From Spirulina sp. (GTDB lineage Bacteria > Cyanobacteriota > Cyanobacteriia > Phormidesmidales > Phormidesmidaceae): a DNA stretch of 64,000 bases. The notes below the pieces were generated by a model that was not told where the DNA came from, made no database searches, and was given only the letters and a program-made list of their open reading frames with translations. The first letter of the stretch is position 1. Each line of letters opens with the position of its first letter. Shown here piece by piece: positions 1 to 8,993 of this stretch. The translations under genes were made by a program, and so were the position numbers. The stretch spans positions 1-64,000 of the forward strand of contig JBIPSI010000008.1 of NCBI GenBank assembly GCA_044070495.1, written 5' to 3'.

Positions 1-900
1 CCCGGAACGCAGAAAAGGCTTCCTGGGTATTAGGCTCAGAGTAACGAACACTGTAGCTCCTTGGAAGCCATGACATCAGAGTATTCCAGCCACCTGACCT
101 GTGACCAGTGGGATCTATTATTTCCCTTGCTCCCGGGGCCAAAAGCCACGGGGCGACCGCGCACCGTTGATCTGTATGCCGTGGTCAACGCCATTCTGTA
201 TGTCCTGACGACGGGGTGTGCTTGGTCGCTGTTACCCAAAGACTTTCCACCCTATTCCACGGTCTACTACTATTTTCGACAATGGAAAGACGACGGCACC
301 TGGAAACGGGTGCATGACCACCTGGTGGAATGGGTGCGGGTGGCCGAAGACCGATGTCCAACCCCCAGTGCCGGAGCCCTGGACTCCCAGAGTGTGCCCA
401 GTGCGGTGATGGTCAGTGAATCGGTGGGCTATGACGGGGGCAAGAAAATCAAGGGTCGCAAGCGCTTTACCCTGGTCGATACGATGGGGCTATTGATATC
501 GGTGAAGGTCGTCGCCGCCAGCGTCCCGGAGCGAGAAGGGGCCAAGCAACTCCTTCAGACGGTTCAAGATGAGCGGCAACGTCTGCCCCGTCTGGGCCTG
601 ATCTGGGTGGATGGCGGCTTTTCAGGCAAGCACTTCTTCAAGACCGTGATTGACTGGTTGGCCATCGTGTTGGAGGTCGTGCTACGCCCCAAAAAAGCCA
701 AAGGCTTTGTCCTGTTACCCCGACGATGGGTGGTGGAGCGCACCTATGGGTGGTTGCATTGGTGTCGTCGCCTCAATGTCGATTACGAGCGCTTACCCGA
801 ATCCTCGGAGGCCTTCATTCACATCGCCATGATTCGCATCATGCTACGGAGGCTCGCGTGAGGGGTTTAATACCTCATCTCCGTGTTTTTAAATATCCTC
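1..900 (+). mobile_element. IS5/IS1031-like element; right end near 900, left end outside the window
   Basis: Transposase followed by GTTTTTAAATATCCTC (reverse complement GAGGATATTTAAAAAC, an IS1031-type terminal repeat) and then TCA, a TNA-type target. Confidence 0.7.
70..861 (+). CDS. IS5-family (IS1031-like) DDE transposase
   Basis: ORF with Y.S.LT..QW, GRPR, LPKDFPP.STVYYYF, DSQSV, GYDGGKKIKGRKR and RWVVERT motifs typical of the IS5/IS1031 group; ATG at 70 chosen over TTG at 61. Confidence 0.92.
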   Translation: MTSEYSSHLTCDQWDLLFPLLPGPKATGRPRTVDLYAVVNAILYVLTTGCAWSLLPKDFPPYSTVYYYFRQWKDDGTWKRVHDHLVEWVRVAEDRCPTPSAGALDSQSVPSAVMVSESVGYDGGKKIKGRKRFTLVDTMGLLISVKVVAASVPEREGAKQLLQTVQDERQRLPRLGLIWVDGGFSGKHFFKTVIDWLAIVLEVVLRPKKAKGFVLLPRRWVVERTYGWLHWCRRLNVDYERLPESSEAFIHIAMIRIMLRRLA

Positions 901-902
901 TC

Positions 903-1434
903 ATGCACCAGATGAGCCGAATTCAAGCGACGCTGCGCCCCCATCTGCCCTGGCACGGGGCGCGACTGACCTTTCTGGCGCTGTTTTTAGTGGCGCTGTT
1001 TCGGGTGGAGACGGTGAACTTGGATAAGTTGTCGTCGGAGTTTGCTAACCAGGCCAGGGCGGAGTCAAGCTACAAGCGCCTGACCCGCTTTTTGCGAGAG
1101 TTTAGGGTGGATTTCGACGATATTGCTCGGGCGGTGGTGAGTTGGGGCCATATCCCCCAGCCCTGGACTTTGAGCCTTGACCGCACGAACTGGTCGTTGG
1201 GCTCGATTCACTTCAATATTCACTTCAATATCCTGATGCTGGGGATTGTCCACGAAGGGGTAGCGTTCTTGGTCGTCTGGATGATGCTGGATAAAAGGGG
1301 CAACCGCACAACAGCGACGAGCGCATCGAGCAGCTCGAACGCTTTGAGCGAGTCTTTCCTGAGGCTAAAATCCACTGTCTGTCAGGCGACCGAGAGTTGG
1401 TCGGCAAGGACTGGTGTAGTTTCCTGCTGAAGTA
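903..1434 (+). pseudogene. IS4-family transposase, frameshifted and truncated
   Basis: MHQMSRIQATLRPHLPWHGARLTFL...LSLDRTNW...LDKRGN matches cyanobacterial IS4 transposases; frame changes near 1305 (DERIEQLERF...GDRELVGKDW continues in another frame to TAA at 1434); 12-bp internal duplication gives IHFNIHFNI. Confidence 0.8.
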
Positions 1435-1800
1435 ACACAAGGTAACTGACCCCTCAAGACATCGACCCAGTCCGGCCCGCTACCGCCAAGGTCAGCAATT
1501 CGGTGACGGCCCTATCTAGAGATTTGTTAACCCGCTGTCATCAGCGGATGTGCCGTTGTGAACAAGGCATGATGATGCGACTGGCTTCAGAAATTGGCTT
1601 ATCCAATGGCAGGGAAGGTCATTATGAAAGCCCCATTCAGGGGAAAATACCCCACAACTTCTCAGGCTATGGTCGTAGCGCTGCCACCATGAGTTAGCCT
1701 ATCGGGCATAACGTTGACTCGGAAAACCTCATCAATCCCCACGCAGGCTTTCCGAGTATGCTATAGTTCGTCCTAGAGATTTAAATATCGGTTAGTGGTA

Positions 1801-1857
1801 TTTGTTTTTAGTATTAACGAGTTTTCACGTTTTTCCATTGACAGATTTCTCTCCGAA
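1801..1857 (+). promoter_or_regulatory. Conserved 5'-UTR boxes of cyanobacterial cold-inducible rbp genes
   Basis: TTTGTTTTTAGT at 1801-1812 and TCTCCGAA at 1850-1857 upstream of the rbp ATG match, from memory, boxes described for Anabaena rbp genes. Confidence 0.6.
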
Positions 1858-1896
1858 ACTTTACTCTCCACAGCCTTTAGTTTTTTGGGAAAAATT

Positions 1897-2199
1897 ATGT
1901 CAATTTATGTGGGCAACCTGTCTTACGACGTTACGGATGCCGATTTAACCCAGGTTTTTGCGGAGTATGGCTCTGTAAAGCGGGTTCAACTCCCTACGGA
2001 TCGCGAAACAGGTCGCATGCGCGGCTTCGGCTTCGTCGAAATGGGTGAAGAAGCCGAGGAAGACGCAGCCATTGAAGCCCTAGACGGTGCCGAGTGGATG
2101 GGTCGCGATCTGAAAGTCAATAAGGCCAAGCCCCGCGAAAGTCGGGGAAGTTCCTCTGGTGGCGGGCGTAACAGTAGAGACGGCTTCTCCCGCAGGTAG
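1897..2199 (+). CDS. rbp: RRM RNA-binding protein (Rbp family, Gly-rich tail)
   Basis: MSIYVGNLSY (RNP2), RGFGFVEM (RNP1), DGAEWMGRDLKVNKAKPRE; true start at ATG 1897. Confidence 0.95.
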   Translation: MSIYVGNLSYDVTDADLTQVFAEYGSVKRVQLPTDRETGRMRGFGFVEMGEEAEEDAAIEALDGAEWMGRDLKVNKAKPRESRGSSSGGGRNSRDGFSRR

Positions 2200-2276
2200 G
2201 TGATCAATTCTGCCGAATCAGCAACGAATTGATTAAATTGTCAATCCGTTGCTAGCATCCAGAAAAAATTAACCTT

Positions 2277-2312
2277 GAGCAGGGGTCGGGCAAAATTGCT
2301 TGGCCCCTGCTT
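2277..2312 (+). terminator. Stem-loop downstream of rbp
   Basis: GAGCAGGGGTCGGGCAA-AA-TTGCTTGGCCCCTGCTT forms an imperfect long hairpin. Confidence 0.5.
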
Positions 2313-2369
2313 AATTGGTGGGTTAGGAACCAGAAACGAATGTAACGGCAATACAGTTGTCACCCGTGC

Positions 2370-2586
2370 ATTTGTCAGTCAACCGGGTCTGAGGCTGTAT
2401 GTCAACGGCTCTGGGTTTCGAGCCATTGAACGCGTGAAAGGGGTTCATCATCCGACGGTGATCCCCTGGGTGAAGCCAGTGGGCGAACGCCTCCCAGACG
2501 TCTATGCTCCTGAAACGACACCCGATGTGGGCGAACTGCACGAATTGGCAACGTTTGTGGGTTCAAAAAACAAAATTTGGCTTTAG
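2370..2586 (+). pseudogene. IS1-family transposase remnant
   Basis: LRLYVNGSGFRAIERVKGVHHPTVIPWVK...GELHELATFVGSKNKIWL resembles the HTH and DEL.TFVG.K segment of cyanobacterial IS1 transposases; truncated on both sides; left boundary approximate. Confidence 0.75.
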
Positions 2587-2773
2587 AGGGCGTTTGAAAA
2601 GGGTTGCCTCAGGGGTAGTCCTATTTCCTACAGGCTAGAGAATAATCAGGCGACCCTAGACCTTACGACAGTAGATTGCTGTTTCTGGCTGATTTTTCTC
2701 TGACTCGTAGATTAATGCACTACCAACTCCGGAACGTACACCAACACACAAAAAGCGCTGCCATAACGGCTAA

Positions 2774-2846
2774 CGAGCATGGCAGGATTCGAACCTGCGA
2801 CACCTAGAACCGGAATCTAGTGCTCTATCCACTGAGCTACATGCCC
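2774..2846 (-). tRNA. trnR: tRNA-Arg(CCG)
   Basis: Minus strand GGGCATGTAGCTCAGTGGATAGAGCACTAGATTCCGGTTCTAGGTGTCGCAGGTTCGAATCCTGCCATGCTCG folds as a cloverleaf with anticodon CCG. Confidence 0.95.
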
Positions 2847-2947
2847 TTGGGCTTAACTACTTTAGCACCTCTCGTTTAGTCATGGCACATTAGCGGCCAA
2901 AATCTCCAGGGCAACCCCATCCCTGCCCAAGGGGATAGCGATGGACA

Positions 2948-4711
2948 TTAGGGATGGTGGGTAATCGGCAGTGAGATGGGTTGAGCTATGGTGCGGTTTC
3001 GGCCCTGGAGTTTGGCTTGGTAGAGAGCCTGATCGGCTAATCGAATAATGTCCTCCGTATGGAACACATCCTGTGCCATGACTGCGACCACCCCTAGGCT
3101 AATGGTGACACGGGGCTGAGTGCTAGAAAAATCGTGGGGTATGGCTAATTGTTCGACTTGGTGGCGTAGGCGTTCAGCCAAAGCTTTGGCCCCAGCCAAG
3201 TCGGTTTCGGGCAAAATGAGGGCAAATTCTTCGCCCCCATAGCGGGCGGCCAAGTCGGGCGGGTGGCGCACCATTTGGTTGAGTTCGTTGCCAATACGAC
3301 GGAGGCAGTCGTCGCCCATCACATGGCCATAGTGATCGTTATAGCGCTTGAAATGATCGACATCCAGCAGAATCAGCGAGAGGGGATGATGACAGCGCTG
3401 CATTCGCAGAAACTCCGTCATCAGCGTTTCATCAAAATAACGCCGATTGGCCAGTCCCGTTAGGGCATCGGTGTGGCTGAGGTGGGCCAGTTGCTGATTA
3501 GCCAGTTGGAGGGCCATGGTGCGTTCCTCTACCCGCTCCTCCAGGCGTTCTCGTTCCTTGTGGAGGGCACGGAGGGCTAGGCGTCGCTCCCGAGTAATCT
3601 TGAGCAGGAGGGCAATGAGTAGGGCTTCTAGCACGATCAGGGAAACAATGCCGATGATCTGCCAACGATATTGCTCCCATTCAGGGAAGGGTTGGTTCAG
3701 GATCTGGGCCTTGGCGGGCAAATCCCTAGGCCCTAGGCCAAAGTTTCGCATCACCGAGTAGTCGAAAATGTCGCGGGTGGGGGTCGTCATGAGGACGGGA
3801 ATGTCGTCTGCCGCCTCGCCCGCCAGGATGCGCAGAACCAGTTCAGCCGCAGCCTCTCCCTGGTCCGGGCCAGTGATAATGCGCCCGCCGATGGCCCCTT
3901 CCCCCAGATGGAAATCCCAAAAGGTGTAGGTTGGGAAGGGACTCACGCGAGTAATCATCCGCCCATTTTCCGCTGGGGTTAGGGCGCGACCAGCGCCCTG
4001 GGTGCTGGTTTGGCCACTTAAAAACACCAGGGTATTGGGGGGCAGCGAAGCCAGTCGATCTTGGATTTCCTCGATGGAGGCATCGGCCAACACTACGACC
4101 TCAAACCGCTGACGCAGTACGGGGAAAATCGTTTTTTCAGCCACATCCTTAATGCGTTTGCTACTCTCTTCTCCGGTAGAAACAATAAAGACTAGCCTTT
4201 CCGTTCTGGGATGAATTTTCAGAGCCATTTCCACCGTTTCCATGATGGCAATTTCTTCATTCACCCCCGTTACATTGGTGATGCCTTGTAAAACTTTAGG
4301 GCGAAAGTTGTTGTAACCACAAAATACGATGGGGATATCTGCAAATAGATCTTGGCGATATTTCATCGCAAAGTCGAAGGCCGCATTGTCGGAAACTACT
4401 ACTAAATCAGGGTGATACTGATTATATTTAACGGCCATGGCCTGGGCCAAAAATTCTATCTGCCGACCATAGGCAAAACGACGGCTATCCAAAAATTCAA
4501 TCGATAGCTCAACGGGCTGTTCTGACTTGGCGAGTCGCTGGCTTAGCCCTGCCTCAATACCATCACTCCAAGCATAACCCCGATGGTAGGAGTTAATATA
4601 AAGAATACGTGCTACATCCGAGTCTTGACTTAGACTAGGATGCGCCAACATCGACCAACAGACCAGCCCTAGGCAGAGCAGGAGGATGTGGTAAATGCGC
4701 TTTCGGGCCAT
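2948..4711 (-). CDS. Membrane diguanylate cyclase with periplasmic ABC-type substrate-binding sensor domain
   Basis: Signal/TM N-terminus, ILYINSYHRGY.WSD sensor domain, second TM, then DALTGLANRR, DVDHFK.YND.YGH..GD and ARYGGEEF. Confidence 0.9.
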   Translation of the reverse strand: MARKRIYHILLLCLGLVCWSMLAHPSLSQDSDVARILYINSYHRGYAWSDGIEAGLSQRLAKSEQPVELSIEFLDSRRFAYGRQIEFLAQAMAVKYNQYHPDLVVVSDNAAFDFAMKYRQDLFADIPIVFCGYNNFRPKVLQGITNVTGVNEEIAIMETVEMALKIHPRTERLVFIVSTGEESSKRIKDVAEKTIFPVLRQRFEVVVLADASIEEIQDRLASLPPNTLVFLSGQTSTQGAGRALTPAENGRMITRVSPFPTYTFWDFHLGEGAIGGRIITGPDQGEAAAELVLRILAGEAADDIPVLMTTPTRDIFDYSVMRNFGLGPRDLPAKAQILNQPFPEWEQYRWQIIGIVSLIVLEALLIALLLKITRERRLALRALHKERERLEERVEERTMALQLANQQLAHLSHTDALTGLANRRYFDETLMTEFLRMQRCHHPLSLILLDVDHFKRYNDHYGHVMGDDCLRRIGNELNQMVRHPPDLAARYGGEEFALILPETDLAGAKALAERLRHQVEQLAIPHDFSSTQPRVTISLGVVAVMAQDVFHTEDIIRLADQALYQAKLQGRNRTIAQPISLPITHHP

Positions 4712-4881
4712 GATAGTGATGTTACAAACAATAAATTGGTTGTGACGATATAACTCAGTTCATGAAATTTTGCGTAGAACGCATTAGGTTCTTCTCGTTA
4801 GAGGGCGCTTGAAAAGTGATCTGCCGTAGTTTTAGTTACTGGTTGATCTCCCCTGCCCTCTTAGAAAGGGGCACTGGTTCG

Positions 4882-5520
4882 TTAAAGTAGGAGAGCTTCA
4901 AAGCCAGTAGAATTGAGCAATTCAGCCGTCGAGATGGGTCGGCTTGTGAAGCCCATAGCCATCGAAGGGGTCGTCTTCCCCTGGAGTCCCCAGTGGGGGC
5001 GTACCCAATTATGGATCAACCGCTGAACGTCTAAACTGCGCTGTAAGCCCTCGGTGGTCTTGGCATAGAGGTTTTGACGGCGACGGTAGGCACTACACCG
5101 TCGCCGGAGGGCGGCATTGTTGGCCTCATTATGGTTGGCATGCACCTCGGAGGCCGGACTCAGCGCGGTGAAGGGATGATCCACCTTGAGCCAGACGACC
5201 CGCCGGTGACCTTGGGAACCCTTAATCTTGATCGCCACTTCCAAGCCTTCACGCCAGACTTTACGGAAGGGATAGGTGGCCGCCAGACCCTGGTTTGACA
5301 CCCGCTCACTGGCCAACGGCCACAGGGCTTTCCCATAGCGCCGCTCCCCGTCGGTGAACCAGCGGATGGTGCTGGCCTCTTGCGCCCACGCCCACGTGTC
5401 CTGGGTTCCCAGGGTGAACAGGGTCTCATCTTTGCGCCCTGCCTGCGCCGTCACCCAGTAGCGACTCTCCCGCTCCAGAAAGGTCAAGGTCCACCCCGAA
5501 CTCTCAGAGGGGGGGAAGGT
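4882..5520 (-). CDS. IS1 transposase catalytic part (joined by frameshift at a C7 run)
   Basis: WFTDGERRY, HANHNEANNAALRRR.SAYRRRQN.YAK, HNWVRPH...TP.MAMG; starts effectively at the C-run around 5509-5515. Confidence 0.8.
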   Translation of the reverse strand, partial: TFPPSESSGWTLTFLERESRYWVTAQAGRKDETLFTLGTQDTWAWAQEASTIRWFTDGERRYGKALWPLASERVSNQGLAATYPFRKVWREGLEVAIKIKGSQGHRRVVWLKVDHPFTALSPASEVHANHNEANNAALRRRCSAYRRRQNLYAKTTEGLQRSLDVQRLIHNWVRPHWGLQGKTTPSMAMGFTSRPISTAELLNSTGFEALLL

Positions 5521-5878
5521 TCTCGCCGACGCGAGTATAAAGCTCATCCCCTTCCAAGGTGATCTCACTGCCCTCAGGCGCAGGCGGAGACCAGTGCTCA
5601 CCCTGACGGGCTAACCGCTCTTCCCACCGCAGAATGGTGGCATGAGACTTATGGTACACTCGACCCGTCGCCCGAACCCCCAGGCCTTCGCTACGGCTAT
5701 TGAGGGCATATTCAACAACGCTTGACGGCGTTCTCAGACGAGCCATAGGCGTTCCTGTTCGTTCGTTAAAGTTATGAGCGCAACTCCGGCACCGGTAGTA
5801 CTGCACAATCTGGTTATCATGCAGACGACGAGTCCCATTCTTGACAACGGTTTCGCTCTGGCAGTGGGGGCAACGCAT
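5504..5878 (-). CDS. IS1 transposase N-terminal part (Zn ribbon + HTH)
   Basis: MRCPHC...KNG...YRCRSC zinc finger, EGLGVRATGR HTH, EGDELYT. Confidence 0.85.
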   Translation of the reverse strand: MRCPHCQSETVVKNGTRRLHDNQIVQYYRCRSCAHNFNERTGTPMARLRTPSSVVEYALNSRSEGLGVRATGRVYHKSHATILRWEERLARQGEHWSPPAPEGSEITLEGDELYTRVGENLPPL

Positions 5879-5935
5879 AGGCCAATGACGCTCTACGCCT
5901 ACATTCTAGCCGTCATCCTTTAACTGACCAGTGCC

Positions 5936-6412
5936 TTGGAACGACCGTGGCTGTATGTGAGCCTTCACTTTAAGAGGCACCGTGACAAGTATTACCGTCT
6001 TCTCCAAGAAGTAAGAACTCAAGGAAATTGGGAAGAGTGGCTTATATTTTTCCTTGAAGGTGTTACAACTATTGCAAATCAAGCTACAGAGAAAATCCGT
6101 GCTTTAATGACACTCTTTGAGCGAGATCGAAAAGTAGTAGAGCAGTCGCGGAAAGGATCGATTTACCAATCGGTTGCAGTGCAGTCGAACTTGACAGTCT
6201 ATGATTACTTGAAGAAAAGGATTGCCATCCGAATTCCCGAAACGGCAGAGGCTTGTGCAACAACTAAACCAACTGTTAAACGTGCAATCGAAGATCTTCA
6301 GCAACTTGGCATCGTAACTGAGGTAACAGGTAAGCCTAGGAACAAAGTATATATCTATAAAGAGTATCTCGATATTCTAAATCAAGATGATGGCGCATTT
6401 GAAACGCAATAA
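5936..6412 (+). pseudogene. Fic-family protein, C-terminal fragment
   Basis: P.LY.S..FKRHR..YY..LQ.VR..G.WEEWL.FFL.GV and C-terminal HTH (GI..EVTGKPRNKVY.Y..YLDIL) typical of Fic proteins; begins exactly at the IS1 end and lacks the HPFxDGNGR motif. Confidence 0.8.
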
Positions 6413-6720
6413 TGATTGAGTGAGTAGGTGAAGTTGATGAATAATCTTTCTGTCTTCTGCCTATGAGCAGTTGCCTAACAACAAGTCGCTGCAGCGGCGG
6501 AATAGGGCACTGGACTGCTAAAGTGGGATGCCTTTTGAAACCCCTCCTACGCAAGGACCTTGGGTAACAAGAAATCAAGGATCATACTTTTAGAAACCAG
6601 TGCCCACCCGACCGCTGGGAGATTATTCCTTACTCCATGGACAGCCGTGGGTGGTCTCGGCGTGATGATGACCCATTCAGTAGATCCTCAATTGGGTTGT
6701 GTGAATGGCTGGGAAAGGGC

Positions 6721-7491
6721 CTAGCCGAACCGATAGCCAAAGCCGCGTAGGGTGATGATGTATCGGGGATGACTAGGATCGGGTTCGATTTTTTCTCGCA
6801 GCCAGCGAATATGCACATCCACAGTTTTGCGGTCGCCCATAAAGTCATCTCCCCACACGCCCTGGATCAGATCTTCCCGCGACCAAACGCGGTTGGGGGT
6901 GCTCATAAACAGTTCTAAAATGCGAAATTCCTTAGGCGAGAGAGACACTTCCTGGCCAGCCACAATCACCCGCAATTCCTCTTGGTAGAGCACGATGTCT
7001 TTGCAGGTCAAAATGGAATTTCCTGTGGTGAGGGCTGCCCACTGGTAGCGTCGCAGCAGGGCACGACAGCGGGCAATCAGTTCTCGCATTCCGAAGGGTT
7101 TGGGCAAATAGTCGTCGGCCCCCACCTCTAGGCCTACTACTCGGTCAATTTCTGAGCTACGGGCACTGAGAATCAAAATAGGAATATCGATGTGATGATG
7201 GCGCACCATGCGGCAAATATCTAGGCCGTTTACCCCTGGCAGCATCAGATCAACGATGGCTAAATCCACCCGTAGCGCTTCCTGGCTAGGGGGTGGAAAA
7301 ATCAACTCCATGGCCCGTTGTCCCGACTCGGCCACGACCACCTGATAGCCCTCGTCGGTGAGGGCCATGGCCACGGTTTCGCGGATTAAATCCTCATCAT
7401 CAATGACTAGAATTCGCTCCGGTCTTTGGGAGCTACGGGCCGCTTCCACGGCATCTTTTACCACAGCCGACCCATTTCTTTTACACGTCAC
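6721..7491 (-). CDS. OmpR-family response regulator, SphR/PhoB-like
   Basis: Receiver domain (IDDE, DLMLP, GADDYLPKPF) and winged helix (SPKEFRILELFM, KTVDVHIRWLREKIEPDPS.P, RGFGYRFG); start uncertain. Confidence 0.88.
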   Translation of the reverse strand: MTCKRNGSAVVKDAVEAARSSQRPERILVIDDEDLIRETVAMALTDEGYQVVVAESGQRAMELIFPPPSQEALRVDLAIVDLMLPGVNGLDICRMVRHHHIDIPILILSARSSEIDRVVGLEVGADDYLPKPFGMRELIARCRALLRRYQWAALTTGNSILTCKDIVLYQEELRVIVAGQEVSLSPKEFRILELFMSTPNRVWSREDLIQGVWGDDFMGDRKTVDVHIRWLREKIEPDPSHPRYIITLRGFGYRFG

Positions 7492-7574
7492 AACAGTTTC
7501 TGATCATGACGGGTAGAGCTTAAGGCCAAGCCGAGGGGAGATTAAGATTACGTAAATATGGCCTGGAAAATGGC

Positions 7575-8801
7575 CTAGAAGGGGAAGCGAATGGGTGGGA
7601 GTGGAATGATGATAGAGGGTAAGCCAAAGGGCAGCGGAATGCTGGGGAAGAGCCGCCGGAAGACGCTTTCAAGGTCGCTAATGCCGGGAAGATCCATGAC
7701 GAAGCCTTGGATCAGCGGCCCCTCTAGTAGGTTGATAAAGTCCTCGGCGGTAAGGGTGGCAATCACCGCTTCATCGCTTTCGGCATTCACCGTCACCTGT
7801 TGGCCTTCGTTGATCACTAGGGCGGTGTCGGGGTTAAATTCCACGGTTTCGGTGGTGTCGGCGGGGGTATCTTCGGCCTGGGGGCTGAGGTCAATCTCAA
7901 TGCCAAAGGGGCTGCCGGAACCGTCGGAATCGTTGCCGCTGGGGTCATTTGCCCCTGGGGGCGAGTTGTCTGGCCGTCCCGCCGGGGCCGTGGTTTGCTT
8001 GGCTCCGGCCCCAAGGTTCACTTGAGCCTTCGTGGGGGGAAACTCTGAGTTAGGGGTATCTCCGTTGTCAGGGTTGGGATTCTCAAGGTCTAGGTCATCC
8101 CCTAGGGCTTCGGGATCTGAGGTTTCGTCGCCTACTGGGTCATCCTCTAGCATCCCGCCATCTGGGATCTCGTCATCTGGGATCCCATTCTCCAGGATCC
8201 CGTTATCCAGGCTGTCACCTTCCATCCCCTCGTCGTCCAGATCGTCTGGGGGTTCGGGCATGGGGGCATCGGTGCGCTGGCCCACGATCACCTCTCCCTC
8301 AAATACCTTGACGATGGTTTCCCCATCTTCGGTCACTTCCATGGTGTAGAGGGTGCCGCGTACTCCGGCGACGGTGGTGGTGGAGCAACCATTGAGGCTG
8401 CCATTCACCAGCAGGGTGCCGCGATTGAGTTGGGCGCACTGCCCCACCATCAGGCTAGAGTTGTGGGCTAGGCGCGCCACGGCTCCATTGTTAAATCGTA
8501 GGGAGGCGCGGGCGTCTTGGGTGCGCACTCGCTGCTGGCGTTGGGCTACGCTGTTCACCGCCGCCCGCTGGTTTTGGATAAACACCTGATTACTATCCAA
8601 AACCTCGGTGACGGTGGCGGAAGAGACCGTTTGTGCCCAAGCCGCCGACCGGGGCAGGGTCATGGTGGCATTACCCAATAGGGCACAGCCCACTACGGCC
8701 AGCAGGCGCACGGCGGGGGGCCGCCCAGCAGGGGAAACAGGGTTAACGACTGGCCCTAGGCCAGCCCAGTGACGATGGGGAACTCGCATAGGTGCGACCA
8801 C
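7575..8801 (-). CDS. FecR-domain secreted protein with acidic low-complexity linker
   Basis: Signal-like N-terminus, VRT..ARASLRF.NG..ARL..NS and AGVRGT...V.EG.V FecR motifs; start uncertain. Confidence 0.7.
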   Translation of the reverse strand: MVAPMRVPHRHWAGLGPVVNPVSPAGRPPAVRLLAVVGCALLGNATMTLPRSAAWAQTVSSATVTEVLDSNQVFIQNQRAAVNSVAQRQQRVRTQDARASLRFNNGAVARLAHNSSLMVGQCAQLNRGTLLVNGSLNGCSTTTVAGVRGTLYTMEVTEDGETIVKVFEGEVIVGQRTDAPMPEPPDDLDDEGMEGDSLDNGILENGIPDDEIPDGGMLEDDPVGDETSDPEALGDDLDLENPNPDNGDTPNSEFPPTKAQVNLGAGAKQTTAPAGRPDNSPPGANDPSGNDSDGSGSPFGIEIDLSPQAEDTPADTTETVEFNPDTALVINEGQQVTVNAESDEAVIATLTAEDFINLLEGPLIQGFVMDLPGISDLESVFRRLFPSIPLPFGLPSIIIPLPPIRFPF

Positions 8802-8993
8802 GGAAGGACTATGGCTATGTATTCACCGTATCCTCCGTAATTTCCGGCCAGGTGACAAATCTTTAAGCCGCCTGAGGCCGCTACGGTCGGGGTGCTCAAT
8901 GGTCGGCTGTACGGGGATTAGGCCGGGAATTGGTGCCCTTTGGCCCCAGGGGAACGTTATCCTAATCAATACCGTTTTGACGCAACCTTTGCT

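Larger units (their letters stand above)
4870..5935 (-). mobile_element. IS1-family insertion sequence (1066 bp)
   Basis: Terminal inverted repeats GGCACTGGTTCGTTAAAG (4870-4887) and CTTTAACTGACCAGTGCC (5918-5935) enclose two overlapping transposase ORFs; no exact target duplication. Confidence 0.88.

Noticed and set aside
726..902. N-terminal part of the 234-aa ORF 726..1430
   Set aside because: It is an alternative frame through the IS5 3' end; IS4 similarity begins only at ATG 903
7515..7560. Pho box upstream of the SphR-like regulator
   Set aside because: Only one good YTTAAYYW unit; no convincing 11-bp-spaced tandem array
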